IMG/VR virus record: IMGVR_UViG_3300012979_000030
Coordinates: 42,511-106,510 of that record
DNA length: 64,000 bases
Source: a virus
Lineage: Duplodnaviria; Caudoviricetes
Direction: 5' to 3' (one strand)
Shown here: piece by piece, positions 1-10,390 of the stretch
Layout of the letters: every line of letters starts with the position of its first letter
How positions within the stretch are numbered: position 1 is the first letter of the stretch
Position numbers and translations under genes: made by a program
The notes under the pieces: generated by a model
Told to the model about the DNA's origin: nothing
What the model saw: the letters and a program-made list of their open reading frames with translations, nothing else
The model's database searches: none

Positions 1-270
1 TTATTCACATCATCACCACATTTAACAAATGCAAAAGGTAATGAAGAAGGTATTGGTAGTGCAAGTTCATTGACACCATTAAAAGAATATGTTGATGCAC
101 AAATTGCTGTATGTAAACATTATAGTATTCCTGTGTTGGATCAATATTATCAATCAAATCATAACTCATTTACAAAATCATTGGTATGTAAAAGTGGTGA
201 TTTCCATTTAACTCCATATGGTTATGAAGTTATGGCAGGAAGACAATTGCAAATGTTAGCAAGTTTATAA
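1..270 (+). CDS. C-terminal part of an SGNH/GDSL-hydrolase-domain protein (5' truncated by window edge)
   Basis: Frame is open from base 1. It ends ...CKHYSIPVLD...GDFHLTPYGYEVMA, resembling the SGNH block V D-x-x-H motif region. Confidence 0.6.
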   Translation, partial: LFTSSPHLTNAKGNEEGIGSASSLTPLKEYVDAQIAVCKHYSIPVLDQYYQSNHNSFTKSLVCKSGDFHLTPYGYEVMAGRQLQMLASL

Positions 271-286
271 AATTTCTAATATTATT

Positions 287-314
287 AAGAGGGAGTTTAT
301 ACTCCCTCTTTTTG
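287..314. terminator. Intrinsic terminator between convergent genes
   Basis: AAGAGGGAGT-TTAT-ACTCCCTCTT followed by a T run. Confidence 0.85.
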
Positions 315-365
315 ATAGGGACATTTATGTCCTTAACAAAAAATAATTAAAAATGGGAAAGTTAT

Positions 366-1010
366 TTACTTTCCCATTTTTTCTAATACTTCTTTTTCTA
401 AATCCTCAATTGTTCCATCATTTTTAAAAATATGTTTAGGTCTATCATAACCAACCCATCTCCATTCAGATTCATGGATTTTATCTAAATCATCAACAAC
501 ATATAAAGGATTAAAGTTAAGCGCTACATATAAATAATGACTTAATTTATTGAGTTCAAGATACCATTTTGGTAGTTCACCTCTTTCAACACGATAAATT
601 GTTCCACCAAGTTCTTTAATCATGTCAATTTCATTTGGAAATCTAACATCTGTAATAACAACATTTTTATCAGAGTTCATAATTTTCTTTTTTAATGAAT
701 CAACCCAAATACTTTGTAAGAAATGATTTCTCAAAACTTCTGTCCCAAGTTGTTGTAAAATAATTCTTGGTGTAATCATTTTACCAAAAGCAACTGACCA
801 ATAATCATCTGCTTTTTCTCTCCACTCTCTTGATTCAATAGTATCACCTTGTAATAGTTTTCTATCCCAACCCATTAAAATAGCAGTAATATCTTTTAAT
901 GTGTCAGCAAAAGACATTTTTACAAACGATTCATCATTCTTACAAATAATATCACCAATGGTATCTTTTCCACTATTTTTAAGTCCACAAATTCCAATAA
1001 CTTTTGTCAT
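366..1010 (-). CDS. Deoxynucleoside monophosphate kinase (T4 gp1-like)
   Basis: GICGLKNSGKDT P-loop, SFADTLK, TPRIILQQLGTE, VVITDVRFPNE, NDGTIEDL. Confidence 0.9.
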   Translation of the reverse strand: MTKVIGICGLKNSGKDTIGDIICKNDESFVKMSFADTLKDITAILMGWDRKLLQGDTIESREWREKADDYWSVAFGKMITPRIILQQLGTEVLRNHFLQSIWVDSLKKKIMNSDKNVVITDVRFPNEIDMIKELGGTIYRVERGELPKWYLELNKLSHYLYVALNFNPLYVVDDLDKIHESEWRWVGYDRPKHIFKNDGTIEDLEKEVLEKMGK

Positions 1011-1226
1011 TTATTCCTCTGTTGCATAAATTAATTTATACCAATTTTTACCTTTATAAGTTAAATTTGATACTTTTGTTGTTGTTTTAGAAATTCTTTC
1101 TGTAATTTCAACAACTAATTTACCATTACCAAGTTCAGAACATGAATATTTTGTATTATCAGTGGAAATGAGTTCTTGAAAATCTGCTTCCTCATTTCGT
1201 TTAATATAATATGCAATCTTAATCAT
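1011..1226 (-). CDS. Hypothetical protein
   Basis: 71-aa ORF abutting both neighbours on the same strand. Confidence 0.7.
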   Translation of the reverse strand: MIKIAYYIKRNEEADFQELISTDNTKYSCSELGNGKLVVEITERISKTTTKVSNLTYKGKNWYKLIYATEE

Positions 1227-1670
1227 TTATAACATCTCCTTAATTTTTTTAGAAACATAACCAAAATCCATCTGACCTGAATATTTGGATTTTAATACAC
1301 CCATTAATTTACCCATATCTTTCATAGATGTAATGGAATTGGTTTCAATTTCTTGTTTAAGTATATCATCAATTTCATCAGTTGTCAATTGTTTTGGTAA
1401 GAATTGTGATAAAATACTGACTTCTTTTTCATTCTTTTCAACCAAATCTTCTCTGCCACCTGTTTTAAACATTTCAATAGCATCTTTTGTTTGTTTGATA
1501 AGTTTTTGAACTAATGACAAAATAACATCATCATTCATTTCTTTGTTAGATGTTCTTAATTCAATTTCTTTGTTTTTGATTTCTGCTCTTAAAGTGCTAA
1601 TAACTCTTTTAGCATCTTCATCTTTATTTAACATTGCTTGTTTAAAAGCATTTGTAATTTTTGTTTGCAT
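1227..1670 (-). CDS. GatB/YqeY domain protein
   Basis: AFKQAM...LRAEIKNKEI...GGREDL...E..IL..FLPKQL...MKDMGKLM pattern typical of YqeY. Confidence 0.9.
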   Translation of the reverse strand: MQTKITNAFKQAMLNKDEDAKRVISTLRAEIKNKEIELRTSNKEMNDDVILSLVQKLIKQTKDAIEMFKTGGREDLVEKNEKEVSILSQFLPKQLTTDEIDDILKQEIETNSITSMKDMGKLMGVLKSKYSGQMDFGYVSKKIKEML

Positions 1671-1671
1671 C

Positions 1672-2942
1672 TTAATTCTCCATATGTTCTTTTAATTCTT
1701 CTCTTTTTTTCCAACCACAAACAAATTTATGTGTTGGTGTATCATATTCATGGTATTCACCATATGTCAAACAATGTTTTCCAATATTAACTTTCATTCT
1801 GTGTATAGCAACATCTCTTTGATATACACATAAACAAAAAATAAATACACCAATAATTATATAAAATAATAAATTTTTCATTTATTTTTCTATTTTAATC
1901 CTTAAATTCTATTTCTTTGTATTCAATTTTAATTGTATATTGTGATAATTGACAAATCAAATCTTTTGCTTCACCAAAATTATATAATTTTTCAGTTTTT
2001 CTAATTTCATTTAACTGATTAGTTTGATATTCTTTATGCATATGTGAAAATAATTTGAAAATATCTTCATCAGACAAATATTGAGACTCTAAACAAATTG
2101 TACAACCTGTATATACATCACTAATTGGTGATACATCAACAACTTTACCGTTTAATCTTGTAACCAAAAACATACCATCAAATTTTACCATTATATTTCT
2201 CCTTAATGTTCACACATATCTAATTTTCTTCTATTACAAAATTTTACCTTAATTTATTGGAAGTGTAATAATATCAAAATATTCCCAATCATCAGTATCG
2301 TATATTTCTTGTTCATCTTCTAATTCTAATACAACCTTATCAAGTTCTGAACCTGTATCACACATAGTAACAAACTCATGCATTTCCTCAATATCTCTAT
2401 TTGGATAATATTTAATGACAATAAATTTTGCAGACATACTACTTTCTCCTAATGATTGTAAATTATTTTAAATATTTTTGTTTAATATAATTAAATTACC
2501 ATATCTGTTTTGATAATGGGTTTTATCATGACCACTTTCAATAATAATTTTTGTTCTAAATCCATATACAGTATTCCCATTTTCATCTCTGAACCAATTG
2601 GCCTTTAATGCTCTCCAGTCCCAAATGTACCCTTTATGTTGGAATATAATATTATCATTTGTTGAAAAAATTACATCAGCTTTGTCCAATAATTGTCTTT
2701 GGATTGTTTTTAATAATTCAGAATGCAGTTTATCTTCAAAAATATAAGTTTTAGTCATGTGCAATATCCATTTGTTGTAATTTTTTCAAAGACATTTGAT
2801 ATGCTTTCTCTTTTGTGGGTGCTACAAAATCTCCATACACTTCCTCTTTTTTGTTATTATAAGATAAAAAGCATACCCAACCACCCATCAATGTTTTATG
2901 ATATTTTATTTTAAGTTTTTTACCACAAGATGTATTGTTCAT
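1672..2942 (-). CDS. Run of five small hypothetical early genes (1672-1881, 1895-2191, 2249-2437, 2468-2764, 2751-2942)
   Basis: Tightly packed co-oriented ORFs, several with GGAG/AAGG RBS, downstream of a sigma70-type promoter. Confidence 0.65.
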
Positions 2943-2970
2943 TTTAATTATCCTTTCTGTTGATATATGC

Positions 2971-2999
2971 AATATATCATATGAATTACAAATTGTCAA
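2971..2999 (-). promoter_or_regulatory. sigma70-type early promoter
   Basis: TTGACA-17 bp-TATATT on the minus strand. Confidence 0.75.
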
Positions 3000-3068
3000 T
3001 AGCAAAAGAATATCATAACTTAAAAATATCTTTTCTTATATTTTGTATCATTATTTTTCGGTCAATAT

Positions 3069-3221
3069 TTAACGAGGCCACCAAATCCATAACATAATAT
3101 AAAAAACAATAGGTCCAATAATAATAAACCAAGGTGATACAAAAATACTCAATAATATTATAACATTAATAGGTACAGTAATATTAAATACAGCATAATT
3201 GCTATCTAAATCAAAAAACAT
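3069..3221 (-). CDS. 50-aa hydrophobic membrane peptide (absent from ORF track)
   Basis: Manual translation MFFDLDSNYAVFNITVPINVIILLSIFVSPWFIIIGPIVFYIMLWIWWPR, with AAGGAG RBS upstream. Confidence 0.7.
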   Translation of the reverse strand: MFFDLDSNYAVFNITVPINVIILLSIFVSPWFIIIGPIVFYIMLWIWWPR

Positions 3222-3241
3222 ATTAACTCTCCTTCCATTCA

Positions 3242-3457
3242 CTATATTATAATTATATACTGCTCATAATAATTTGTCAATACATAAACTGGTATTAAAT
3301 TAATCCTTGTCATATATTCATATACTCCATCATTCAAATATTTTTTACGTATAAGTGGTGATGAATCCAAATTTTTCAAGATATCATTGTTATATTGATA
3401 ATCATCTTTTTTTCTAACCAATTCTGACTGTTCAAGTTCTTTTAACATCATAACCAT
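3242..3457 (-). CDS. Hypothetical protein
   Basis: 71-aa ORF in operon context. Confidence 0.6.
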   Translation of the reverse strand: MVMMLKELEQSELVRKKDDYQYNNDILKNLDSSPLIRKKYLNDGVYEYMTRINLIPVYVLTNYYEQYIIII

Positions 3458-3465
3458 CCTTTAAT

Positions 3466-4668
3466 TTAAAATGTTTTTGTTCTAATTTCTTTGTCATAAA
3501 CATTGTTTTTAATATATAATGGATTAAATCCATCTTTTGTCAATTCAACAATTCTTAAATATCTACCAAATTCTACTTTTCCTTCTAAATTAAATGTTCT
3601 ACCATTTTGGATTGGAACATAATTAATATTTCTATGACCATGAATTGAATAAGCAATATCAATAGTATTTCTATTGAAGTATTCATCTACCAACTCACCA
3701 TCACCATAACTACCAACACCCTTAATATTTTGAATTGTTTTATTAACAAACAATGGAATACAAGGTGTCCCACCATGAGTAACTATAACATTCTTATTAT
3801 CAAATGTCAAGTAGAATTTATCTACTAATTTCTTTGATATTTTTGTTAAATTTTCTTTTAAATCACCCATATCTTCCAATGATTTAACAAAGGCAGGAGT
3901 TAAATATGCATCAAAACCAGATTTAACATAATTATCTACCCAAATTTCATGATTACCCTTTAATAAAACCACATTTGGTTGGTCAACCATATCTAATAAG
4001 AATTGTAATACTTCTTTTGCTTGAATACCTCTGTCAAAATAGTCACCACAGAAGATATATAGATTATCTTTTGTAAATGGTTCTTTATCAAAGTATTCTT
4101 TCAATGGTTCATAACAACTATGTATATCACCAAATACTACAACTTTTTTATAGTCATTTACATCAATTGGATTATCTGTTGAATATAGGTATTCCATTAC
4201 ATCATTATATGGAATGACATTATAACCATCTAAGTTTGTCTGTTTCATGCTTTCATACATTTTAACAATAACATCTTTTGGAACTTGTTTATATTGTTCT
4301 CTACTGGCATTTCTTTTCAATACTGTTTCTAAATCAATTTCAGAAAAATCTGCAACAACAAGTTCATATCCAAACTTTTCACAAAGTTTTTTATAATCTT
4401 TGTAGTAAAATAATTTGGTATGTGTTGCATCTACAACAGTAAAATCACCAGATGCCATTCTATATTCCAAGATAGTTTGAAATAAATCCCAAACTCTTTT
4501 ATCATTATCTGATGGAATTGATAATGTTCCATCAATATTTGTTTTTGGTGCAGAAAACATTAATCTAATAGTATCAGGTGATAATGTATATTTTTCCAAC
4601 CCATTATCTTTAATCCATGTTGATTTGCCTGAACCAGGAACACCTCTTGTTACTAATAATATTTTCAT
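3466..4668 (-). CDS. Polynucleotide kinase-metallophosphatase (Pnkp-like kinase + calcineurin-like phosphoesterase, no ligase domain)
   Basis: GVPGSGKST, VVDATH; GDIH, GDYFDRG, GNHE, HGG, HGH. Likely start is ATG 4668 after a GAGG RBS. Confidence 0.88.
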   Translation of the reverse strand: MKILLVTRGVPGSGKSTWIKDNGLEKYTLSPDTIRLMFSAPKTNIDGTLSIPSDNDKRVWDLFQTILEYRMASGDFTVVDATHTKLFYYKDYKKLCEKFGYELVVADFSEIDLETVLKRNASREQYKQVPKDVIVKMYESMKQTNLDGYNVIPYNDVMEYLYSTDNPIDVNDYKKVVVFGDIHSCYEPLKEYFDKEPFTKDNLYIFCGDYFDRGIQAKEVLQFLLDMVDQPNVVLLKGNHEIWVDNYVKSGFDAYLTPAFVKSLEDMGDLKENLTKISKKLVDKFYLTFDNKNVIVTHGGTPCIPLFVNKTIQNIKGVGSYGDGELVDEYFNRNTIDIAYSIHGHRNINYVPIQNGRTFNLEGKVEFGRYLRIVELTKDGFNPLYIKNNVYDKEIRTKTF

Positions 4669-4719
4669 AATACACCTCTTTTTAAAAATTAATAAACCCA
4701 CTCTTCATTAAGTGGGTTT

Positions 4720-4748
4720 ATTATATCAAATAAAATAAAAGATGTCAA
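4720..4748 (-). promoter_or_regulatory. Consensus sigma70 promoter, overlapping a hairpin at about 4691-4722
   Basis: TTGACA-17 bp-TATAAT; AATAAACCCACT...AGTGGGTTTATT inverted repeat. Confidence 0.85.
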
Positions 4749-4756
4749 GCAAAATA

Positions 4757-6442
4757 TTAATAAACTAATTCATCCATATCATATTCTGGTTCTTGATTTT
4801 TCAAAATTTTATCTTTTCTTGAAATATTTATAGTCATAACTTCTCTATCAATTTTATCAAAATCATTTTCTGATATCTTTCCACTTGTTATCATTAGTGG
4901 TTTAAATTTATCATAAAATTCATGTGTGTCAAGTGTTTTTTTTGCTTTTGAAATTATCATCCATAAACCTTTTTCTGTAAAGTCAAGAATAGGTATAAAT
5001 TGTTCTGGGTATTCCAATGCATTAATATGCATATATCTATTAACCACGTTTGCTACACCCTTTACATCACCATATGTTTTTAATATATCTTTGCAGATTG
5101 CAACTTTATTTTGTGAATTTTCCATATATGCATATATAATTTTATTAAATTCAATATTTTCTTTTATATCACTATTTTCACTTATTGTTTTTAACATTTT
5201 CATTCCACCATCAATACGGGACAATTCTTCATATGATGATGAAGATGTAATAAAATCCATAAATACAAAACTTTTATATAATGATGGATTTATATATGGA
5301 TATAATTTATATAATACATTAACTATATCTGAGTTACTAACTGTTCCACCATCCAATCTTCTTGTATAGACTAATCTTTTTAATGTTAATTCAGATGTAT
5401 TATATTTTGTATCTTCTGTTATTGTATCACCAAATTGAACCATAATTCTATATGGAATATACTTATAACAAATGTTGTTCAACATACTTATTTGTTTTTT
5501 TGGTTCTGTTTGATTTAATTCATATATTCGTTTACCTAATCTATCATTATTATACATTTTTTGTATAATTTGTTCTAATGGTTTTGGAGATTTTAAGAAT
5601 TTCATCAGAACCTTAGGATTTGATATAACATCTGAATATATTTTATTTAATTTCTCAGTGCTTAATAATTTATTTCTTTCTTGGGCATTAAACTTAAAAG
5701 ATGAAAGTTTACTATCATATGAATGCATTTTAACTTGTTCAATAAAATTATCCCTATCCAAACCATTGATTTCTTTTTCATCCAATGTATCAATTATCCA
5801 TTTTACAAATTCCCAAACACGGATATAGAATGATTTGATGACATTTTTATCACCATCATTCAAAAAGCCTCTTGGACCACGCCACTCTAATGTTTTATTT
5901 CTGTGAACATTTATCAATGAATATTTGTCTGTATTACACATATCAAATATTTTTTTAAAATCATTCATTTCAACTGCATATTTTAAAGTATCAAGATAAC
6001 TTGTATCACTCCAATATGATTCAAAATTATAATCACCAAAAAACTTCAAATTTCTTTTCATTTTATCATCTAATGATAATTTAGACATTAACCAAATAAC
6101 ATCATCAGCAGTTATTCCTGGATATGAAATATGATGATGAAATCCACAACTATCATTTACATAATATTCAGAGTCCAATGTTTCATCAAAAAAGTTAACT
6201 ATTTTATTAAATGTTGTTATATTCACAGGAAAAACAGGACTTGCATACTCAAATGTTGTATCATCATAATCATCACTATTAATTGATGAATCATCATGTA
6301 AGTCTCCACCATCACCAAAATATGATTTAAAAAATTCATTAATGGTTGAAATATCTTCTTCACCTTTCCATATGGCTTCTAATTCAAATCCCATTGTGAA
6401 TTCTGATACCAATTTTCTTTCTATTAACATTTCACTAAACAT
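4757..6442 (-). CDS. Putative amidoligase (COOH-NH2 ligase type 2 / Amidoligase_2) with variable C-terminal domain, paralog 1
   Basis: GFELE, HDDSSI, FEYASP, SCGFHHH, KY, TLEWRGPRGF. Confidence 0.8.
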   Translation of the reverse strand: MFSEMLIERKLVSEFTMGFELEAIWKGEEDISTINEFFKSYFGDGGDLHDDSSINSDDYDDTTFEYASPVFPVNITTFNKIVNFFDETLDSEYYVNDSCGFHHHISYPGITADDVIWLMSKLSLDDKMKRNLKFFGDYNFESYWSDTSYLDTLKYAVEMNDFKKIFDMCNTDKYSLINVHRNKTLEWRGPRGFLNDGDKNVIKSFYIRVWEFVKWIIDTLDEKEINGLDRDNFIEQVKMHSYDSKLSSFKFNAQERNKLLSTEKLNKIYSDVISNPKVLMKFLKSPKPLEQIIQKMYNNDRLGKRIYELNQTEPKKQISMLNNICYKYIPYRIMVQFGDTITEDTKYNTSELTLKRLVYTRRLDGGTVSNSDIVNVLYKLYPYINPSLYKSFVFMDFITSSSSYEELSRIDGGMKMLKTISENSDIKENIEFNKIIYAYMENSQNKVAICKDILKTYGDVKGVANVVNRYMHINALEYPEQFIPILDFTEKGLWMIISKAKKTLDTHEFYDKFKPLMITSGKISENDFDKIDREVMTINISRKDKILKNQEPEYDMDELVY

Positions 6443-6445
6443 TTT

Positions 6446-8200
6446 TTATTTCCTTATATATACACCATATTTTTCTAATTCTGTTATTTGCTCATCACTC
6501 AAAAATTCAACAACTGATGGTTCCCTCTTAATTATATTAAATAAATCTTTTACTGATGGTTTTCCTACATAAAATAAATATAAATCTTCACCAACTTTAT
6601 TAATATTATTCACAATCATAGAATTCCAGGTATTTTTTAAATTTGATTTACCAACGATTGATGTAATATCATTACATTTAACATCATACATACCCTTAAT
6701 TTGTAAATTATGTAAGATTGCCTGTTTTAATAACCAATAATATAATTTTGATTTTAATTCATCAGACATAATATCACCAAGTGTATTTGAATTATAGATA
6801 TAATAATTTATTTGGGTTAAATTTATATCACCAATTTTTAAACACAAATTAAATATTGATTTTTCTATCACTTGCAAATTTAATGGAAATTTACATTCAA
6901 CAAGTGTATTGAGCATTGACATTATCAATTTGTTCATATCTTTGATTTTATAAATTGAATTATATACTATTTCCTTATCAACAACATCTAAAACATTAGA
7001 CCTATAGCATTTTTTTAATATATATGGTATATTTTCTGAACAACTCATTGATACAAGTTTATTAATGAATGTTTTAACATCATAATTTTCTGCATCACCA
7101 ATAATTTCATAAAATGAATCTTCAACACTTAAAACAAAATTATATTTTTCATTTCCAATAATATTTTTTACCATGTTGTTTTCTTTAATAACACATTTAT
7201 ACAATATATCCTTATTTTTATTGCATTTTGATAAAAAGTTTTTTATTGAATTACTAGATAAACCACTCTTTTTATTTGTTTTAAATTTAATATCCTTAGA
7301 ACTATCATATGATTCATCATGTGTCAAAAATTCTAATGTTGGTTTTGATGGTGCTTTTTCAACTGCTTTTTCTAATTCTGCAAAAAACTCATCTTTTGGT
7401 GTTCCAATACCAACTAATTTATCAGAATCCATATATGTTTTTATTTTTCCAATCAATTTTATGAACAATTTATAAAAATTCTTAATTGAATCAGAAACAC
7501 CATCATTCATAAAATCCCTTGGACCTCTCCATTCCAATGTTCCTTGTGGGTGAATTCTAAATACTCTCCATTTTCTTGTCCCTAAATATGATAGTACCTC
7601 TACATAATCTCGTTCTCTTAATGCATCACCCAAACCTATAATGGACTCATATGATGCCCATTCATCACTATATAATGAATATCCATCCATTTTTCCAAAA
7701 TCATTCTTTAGTGTTGGTTCAGAGGCCATATTACAGTATATCCATACCATATCACGTTCTGTTAAACCTTTAAAATGTAAATGATGATGAAACCCACATG
7801 TTTTATTTGTATATACACCACTCTCTAATAATTCATATAATGTTTTTATAATAGCATTGAACCATATTGGTTTACATGGAATTATAGGACTCGAGTATTC
7901 AAATGAAATATCATTATAACTATAATCATCGGTGCTGACAGAAGAATCTTCATGACATCCATCACTACCAATCAAATCACCATCACCATAGTGTTTTAAT
8001 CTATTTGTAATATAGTCTTTTATATTATTTAAACGTGCCTCATCTACATCATCTTCATCATATACACCATATTCAATTTCATTATATATTTCACTGTCTT
8101 CTTTGATACATCCTTCTAATTCAAACCCCATTGTGAAATCAGATGTTAATAGTGTTTCATCTAATCTTTCTAATTGCTCTAATAGTTGATTTTTAGACAT
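6446..8200 (-). CDS. Putative amidoligase, paralog 2
   Basis: GFELE, HEDSSV, FEYSSP, TCGFHHH, RIHPQGTLEWRGPR. Confidence 0.8.
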   Translation of the reverse strand: MSKNQLLEQLERLDETLLTSDFTMGFELEGCIKEDSEIYNEIEYGVYDEDDVDEARLNNIKDYITNRLKHYGDGDLIGSDGCHEDSSVSTDDYSYNDISFEYSSPIIPCKPIWFNAIIKTLYELLESGVYTNKTCGFHHHLHFKGLTERDMVWIYCNMASEPTLKNDFGKMDGYSLYSDEWASYESIIGLGDALRERDYVEVLSYLGTRKWRVFRIHPQGTLEWRGPRDFMNDGVSDSIKNFYKLFIKLIGKIKTYMDSDKLVGIGTPKDEFFAELEKAVEKAPSKPTLEFLTHDESYDSSKDIKFKTNKKSGLSSNSIKNFLSKCNKNKDILYKCVIKENNMVKNIIGNEKYNFVLSVEDSFYEIIGDAENYDVKTFINKLVSMSCSENIPYILKKCYRSNVLDVVDKEIVYNSIYKIKDMNKLIMSMLNTLVECKFPLNLQVIEKSIFNLCLKIGDINLTQINYYIYNSNTLGDIMSDELKSKLYYWLLKQAILHNLQIKGMYDVKCNDITSIVGKSNLKNTWNSMIVNNINKVGEDLYLFYVGKPSVKDLFNIIKREPSVVEFLSDEQITELEKYGVYIRK

Positions 8201-8206
8201 ATAATT

Positions 8207-8243
8207 ATCCCCATAAATATTGTATAATAGTATTTATGGGGAT
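8207..8243 (-). promoter_or_regulatory. RBS-sequestering hairpin with a late-promoter-like motif in its 5' arm
   Basis: Minus strand reads ATCCCCATAAATA-11 nt-TATTTATGGGGAT-AATTAT-ATG, a perfect 13-bp stem. Confidence 0.7.
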
Positions 8244-8254
8244 TTATTCTTATA

Positions 8255-9205
8255 TTATTTGTTTAGAATGTTTTTAATTTCCACTAAACACGCCATCAAA
8301 TTCAAATCTTTAAATGCAACTGTTGGATGTTTATAAAGATATTCAGCAACCTTAACAATTATTTGTTCCCATTTATTTCTATCAACAGTAAATACATCTA
8401 ATTTGTTATATATTATTTTATATATGTTCTCAATCTCATCCTCATTGAAACTTGTAGCAATAAGTTTTTGAACATCATTACAATGCTTTCTATTATGAAC
8501 AAAATCTAAAATAGGTAGTAGTTTATCTAAGTTAGAAACTTCATATTCTTTTTTAAATTTACTTAATTCACCATTAATAACATTCTTATTAATATCATTA
8601 ATACATTTTCGCAAATCAGGATATGATAACTTAATATATTCAACAACATCTTCCATAGAATATTTAATATTCTCTTTTGTAAGAATATTCACAATTCTTG
8701 TTACAAATTGTTGTTGGTCAAGTTTTTGGAAACTATATGATTCACATCTTGAAAGAATTGCAGGTGTAACCTTATTAACATTATTAGTTGTGAAAATGAA
8801 TCTACACCATAATGAATACTTTTCCAATACATACTTTAATGAATCTTGTGCTTGTGCTGATAATCTTTCAAATTCTTCAATAATAACAACCTTAATTTTA
8901 TCATCTAATGATGGAACAGAAGCATATTCAATGATTCTTCTAGTATCATCAATACCTGTTTTATCAGAACCATTGATAGTAATGTAGTCGCTGATGTTTA
9001 ATTCATTTAGAATAACATTAATTGAAGATGATTTACCTGTTCCCGGAATCCCATATAATAAAATATGAGAATCAAATGAACCTTTTTCCTTCCATTGTTT
9101 TAACTTATCACCAAACTCTTTATTGGTAATAACTAAATCTTCAATTGTTTTTGGTCTATATTTTTCTGTCAATAATTCCATAATATTTTCCTTATAAAAC
9201 TTCAT
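8255..9205 (-). CDS. Sliding-clamp loader AAA+ subunit (T4 gp44 / RFC-small-like)
   Basis: EKYRP, GIPGTGKS, NGSD..GID, AQDSLK, ILSRC, YPDLRKCIN. Confidence 0.92.
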   Translation of the reverse strand: MKFYKENIMELLTEKYRPKTIEDLVITNKEFGDKLKQWKEKGSFDSHILLYGIPGTGKSSSINVILNELNISDYITINGSDKTGIDDTRRIIEYASVPSLDDKIKVVIIEEFERLSAQAQDSLKYVLEKYSLWCRFIFTTNNVNKVTPAILSRCESYSFQKLDQQQFVTRIVNILTKENIKYSMEDVVEYIKLSYPDLRKCINDINKNVINGELSKFKKEYEVSNLDKLLPILDFVHNRKHCNDVQKLIATSFNEDEIENIYKIIYNKLDVFTVDRNKWEQIIVKVAEYLYKHPTVAFKDLNLMACLVEIKNILNK

Positions 9206-9407
9206 CTAATGATTGGCATTTAATACCCTTTGGGCAATTTTTAGCAATATAATCACAACCTTTTTCATTTGTAATAATAAAAACCGAACCATTTTTATAT
9301 GGATATACATTGCTAATTGTTTTAGCATAATTAACTGCTTTTTTAGAAAAAAATGCTTTGATTGAACCAAAATTTGTTTTTTCAAATGTGATGTTGTATG
9401 TTGCCAT
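9192..9407 (-). CDS. Hypothetical protein
   Basis: AAGGA RBS; sigma70 promoter TTGACA-17-TATAAA at about 9435-9463. Confidence 0.7.
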   Translation of the reverse strand: MATYNITFEKTNFGSIKAFFSKKAVNYAKTISNVYPYKNGSVFIITNEKGCDYIAKNCPKGIKCQSLDEVL

Positions 9408-9466
9408 ATATTGTTCCTTTCTCTTGATATATTCTTTATATCATTTTTTGAAACCAATGTCAAGCA

Positions 9467-10390
9467 CTATTTTAACCCTTTAAACAAATATTTAATAACA
9501 TTGGCATTCCATCCATTACCACAAGCATTATATCGGTTTCCATCACTAATGTCAATGGTTTTTCCATCTTTCAACCCATATTTGGTGTAATTATCGGGTA
9601 ATGACTGACACCGTTCATATTCTATTGGTAACATTTTTCTGTTTCTATCACCTTGTCTAACTTTTTTATGAGTATAACCCCCATTAACACAAGTTAATGT
9701 ATAACATTTACTATTTAAATTACTGACTCTTTTACCCATTTTAAAACAATTAATTTTTAATGTACAGATTGGGTTGGCATCTTCACCATGATATTCATAA
9801 TCATACTTATACCAATATTTGTTTGGAACATTTTCTTCTGGTTCAACAATATCCTTTAACAATTCTGTTGATTTTTCAATTGGTTGTCCATCATTGGGAA
9901 TATTTGTCCAAAACAATCTCTTTCTTCTTTGTGCCGAAAAATCAGCAGCATCTAACATTATTGGTTCAACACCCATGAGTTCAGTAATAATGGTTTTATC
10001 AGATTCGGGCATACCATAATTGTTTTCTAATAAGAACTTAATATTAGGATTAACAGATTTTAAATGATTTAAGATTTCAACATATCTATAAAACAATCCA
10101 GATTTAGAACCCTTTAAACCTTCTCTTTCATTTTGTTGACCAACTCTAATAATAGAAAGGTCTGTACAAGGACTTCCACCAATTAATAAATCAATTGATT
10201 TCCAATCAATATCCCAATCTCTCCAATTATTAACATCACCTAATTGAATTGTATTTGGATAATTATATTGTGTAATAACAATAGCTGATTCTTCAATCTC
10301 ACTTGCATAATATGTTTCAACAGTTATGCCTAACTGATTTAAGCATAATTGTCCTGTTGAAATCCCATCAAATAAACTTAATACTTTCAT
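9467..10390 (-). CDS. C5-cytosine DNA methyltransferase
   Basis: SLFDGI (motif I), GGSPC (IV), LLEN (VI), QRRKRLFW (VIII), GNGW (X). Confidence 0.92.
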   Translation of the reverse strand: MKVLSLFDGISTGQLCLNQLGITVETYYASEIEESAIVITQYNYPNTIQLGDVNNWRDWDIDWKSIDLLIGGSPCTDLSIIRVGQQNEREGLKGSKSGLFYRYVEILNHLKSVNPNIKFLLENNYGMPESDKTIITELMGVEPIMLDAADFSAQRRKRLFWTNIPNDGQPIEKSTELLKDIVEPEENVPNKYWYKYDYEYHGEDANPICTLKINCFKMGKRVSNLNSKCYTLTCVNGGYTHKKVRQGDRNRKMLPIEYERCQSLPDNYTKYGLKDGKTIDISDGNRYNACGNGWNANVIKYLFKGLK

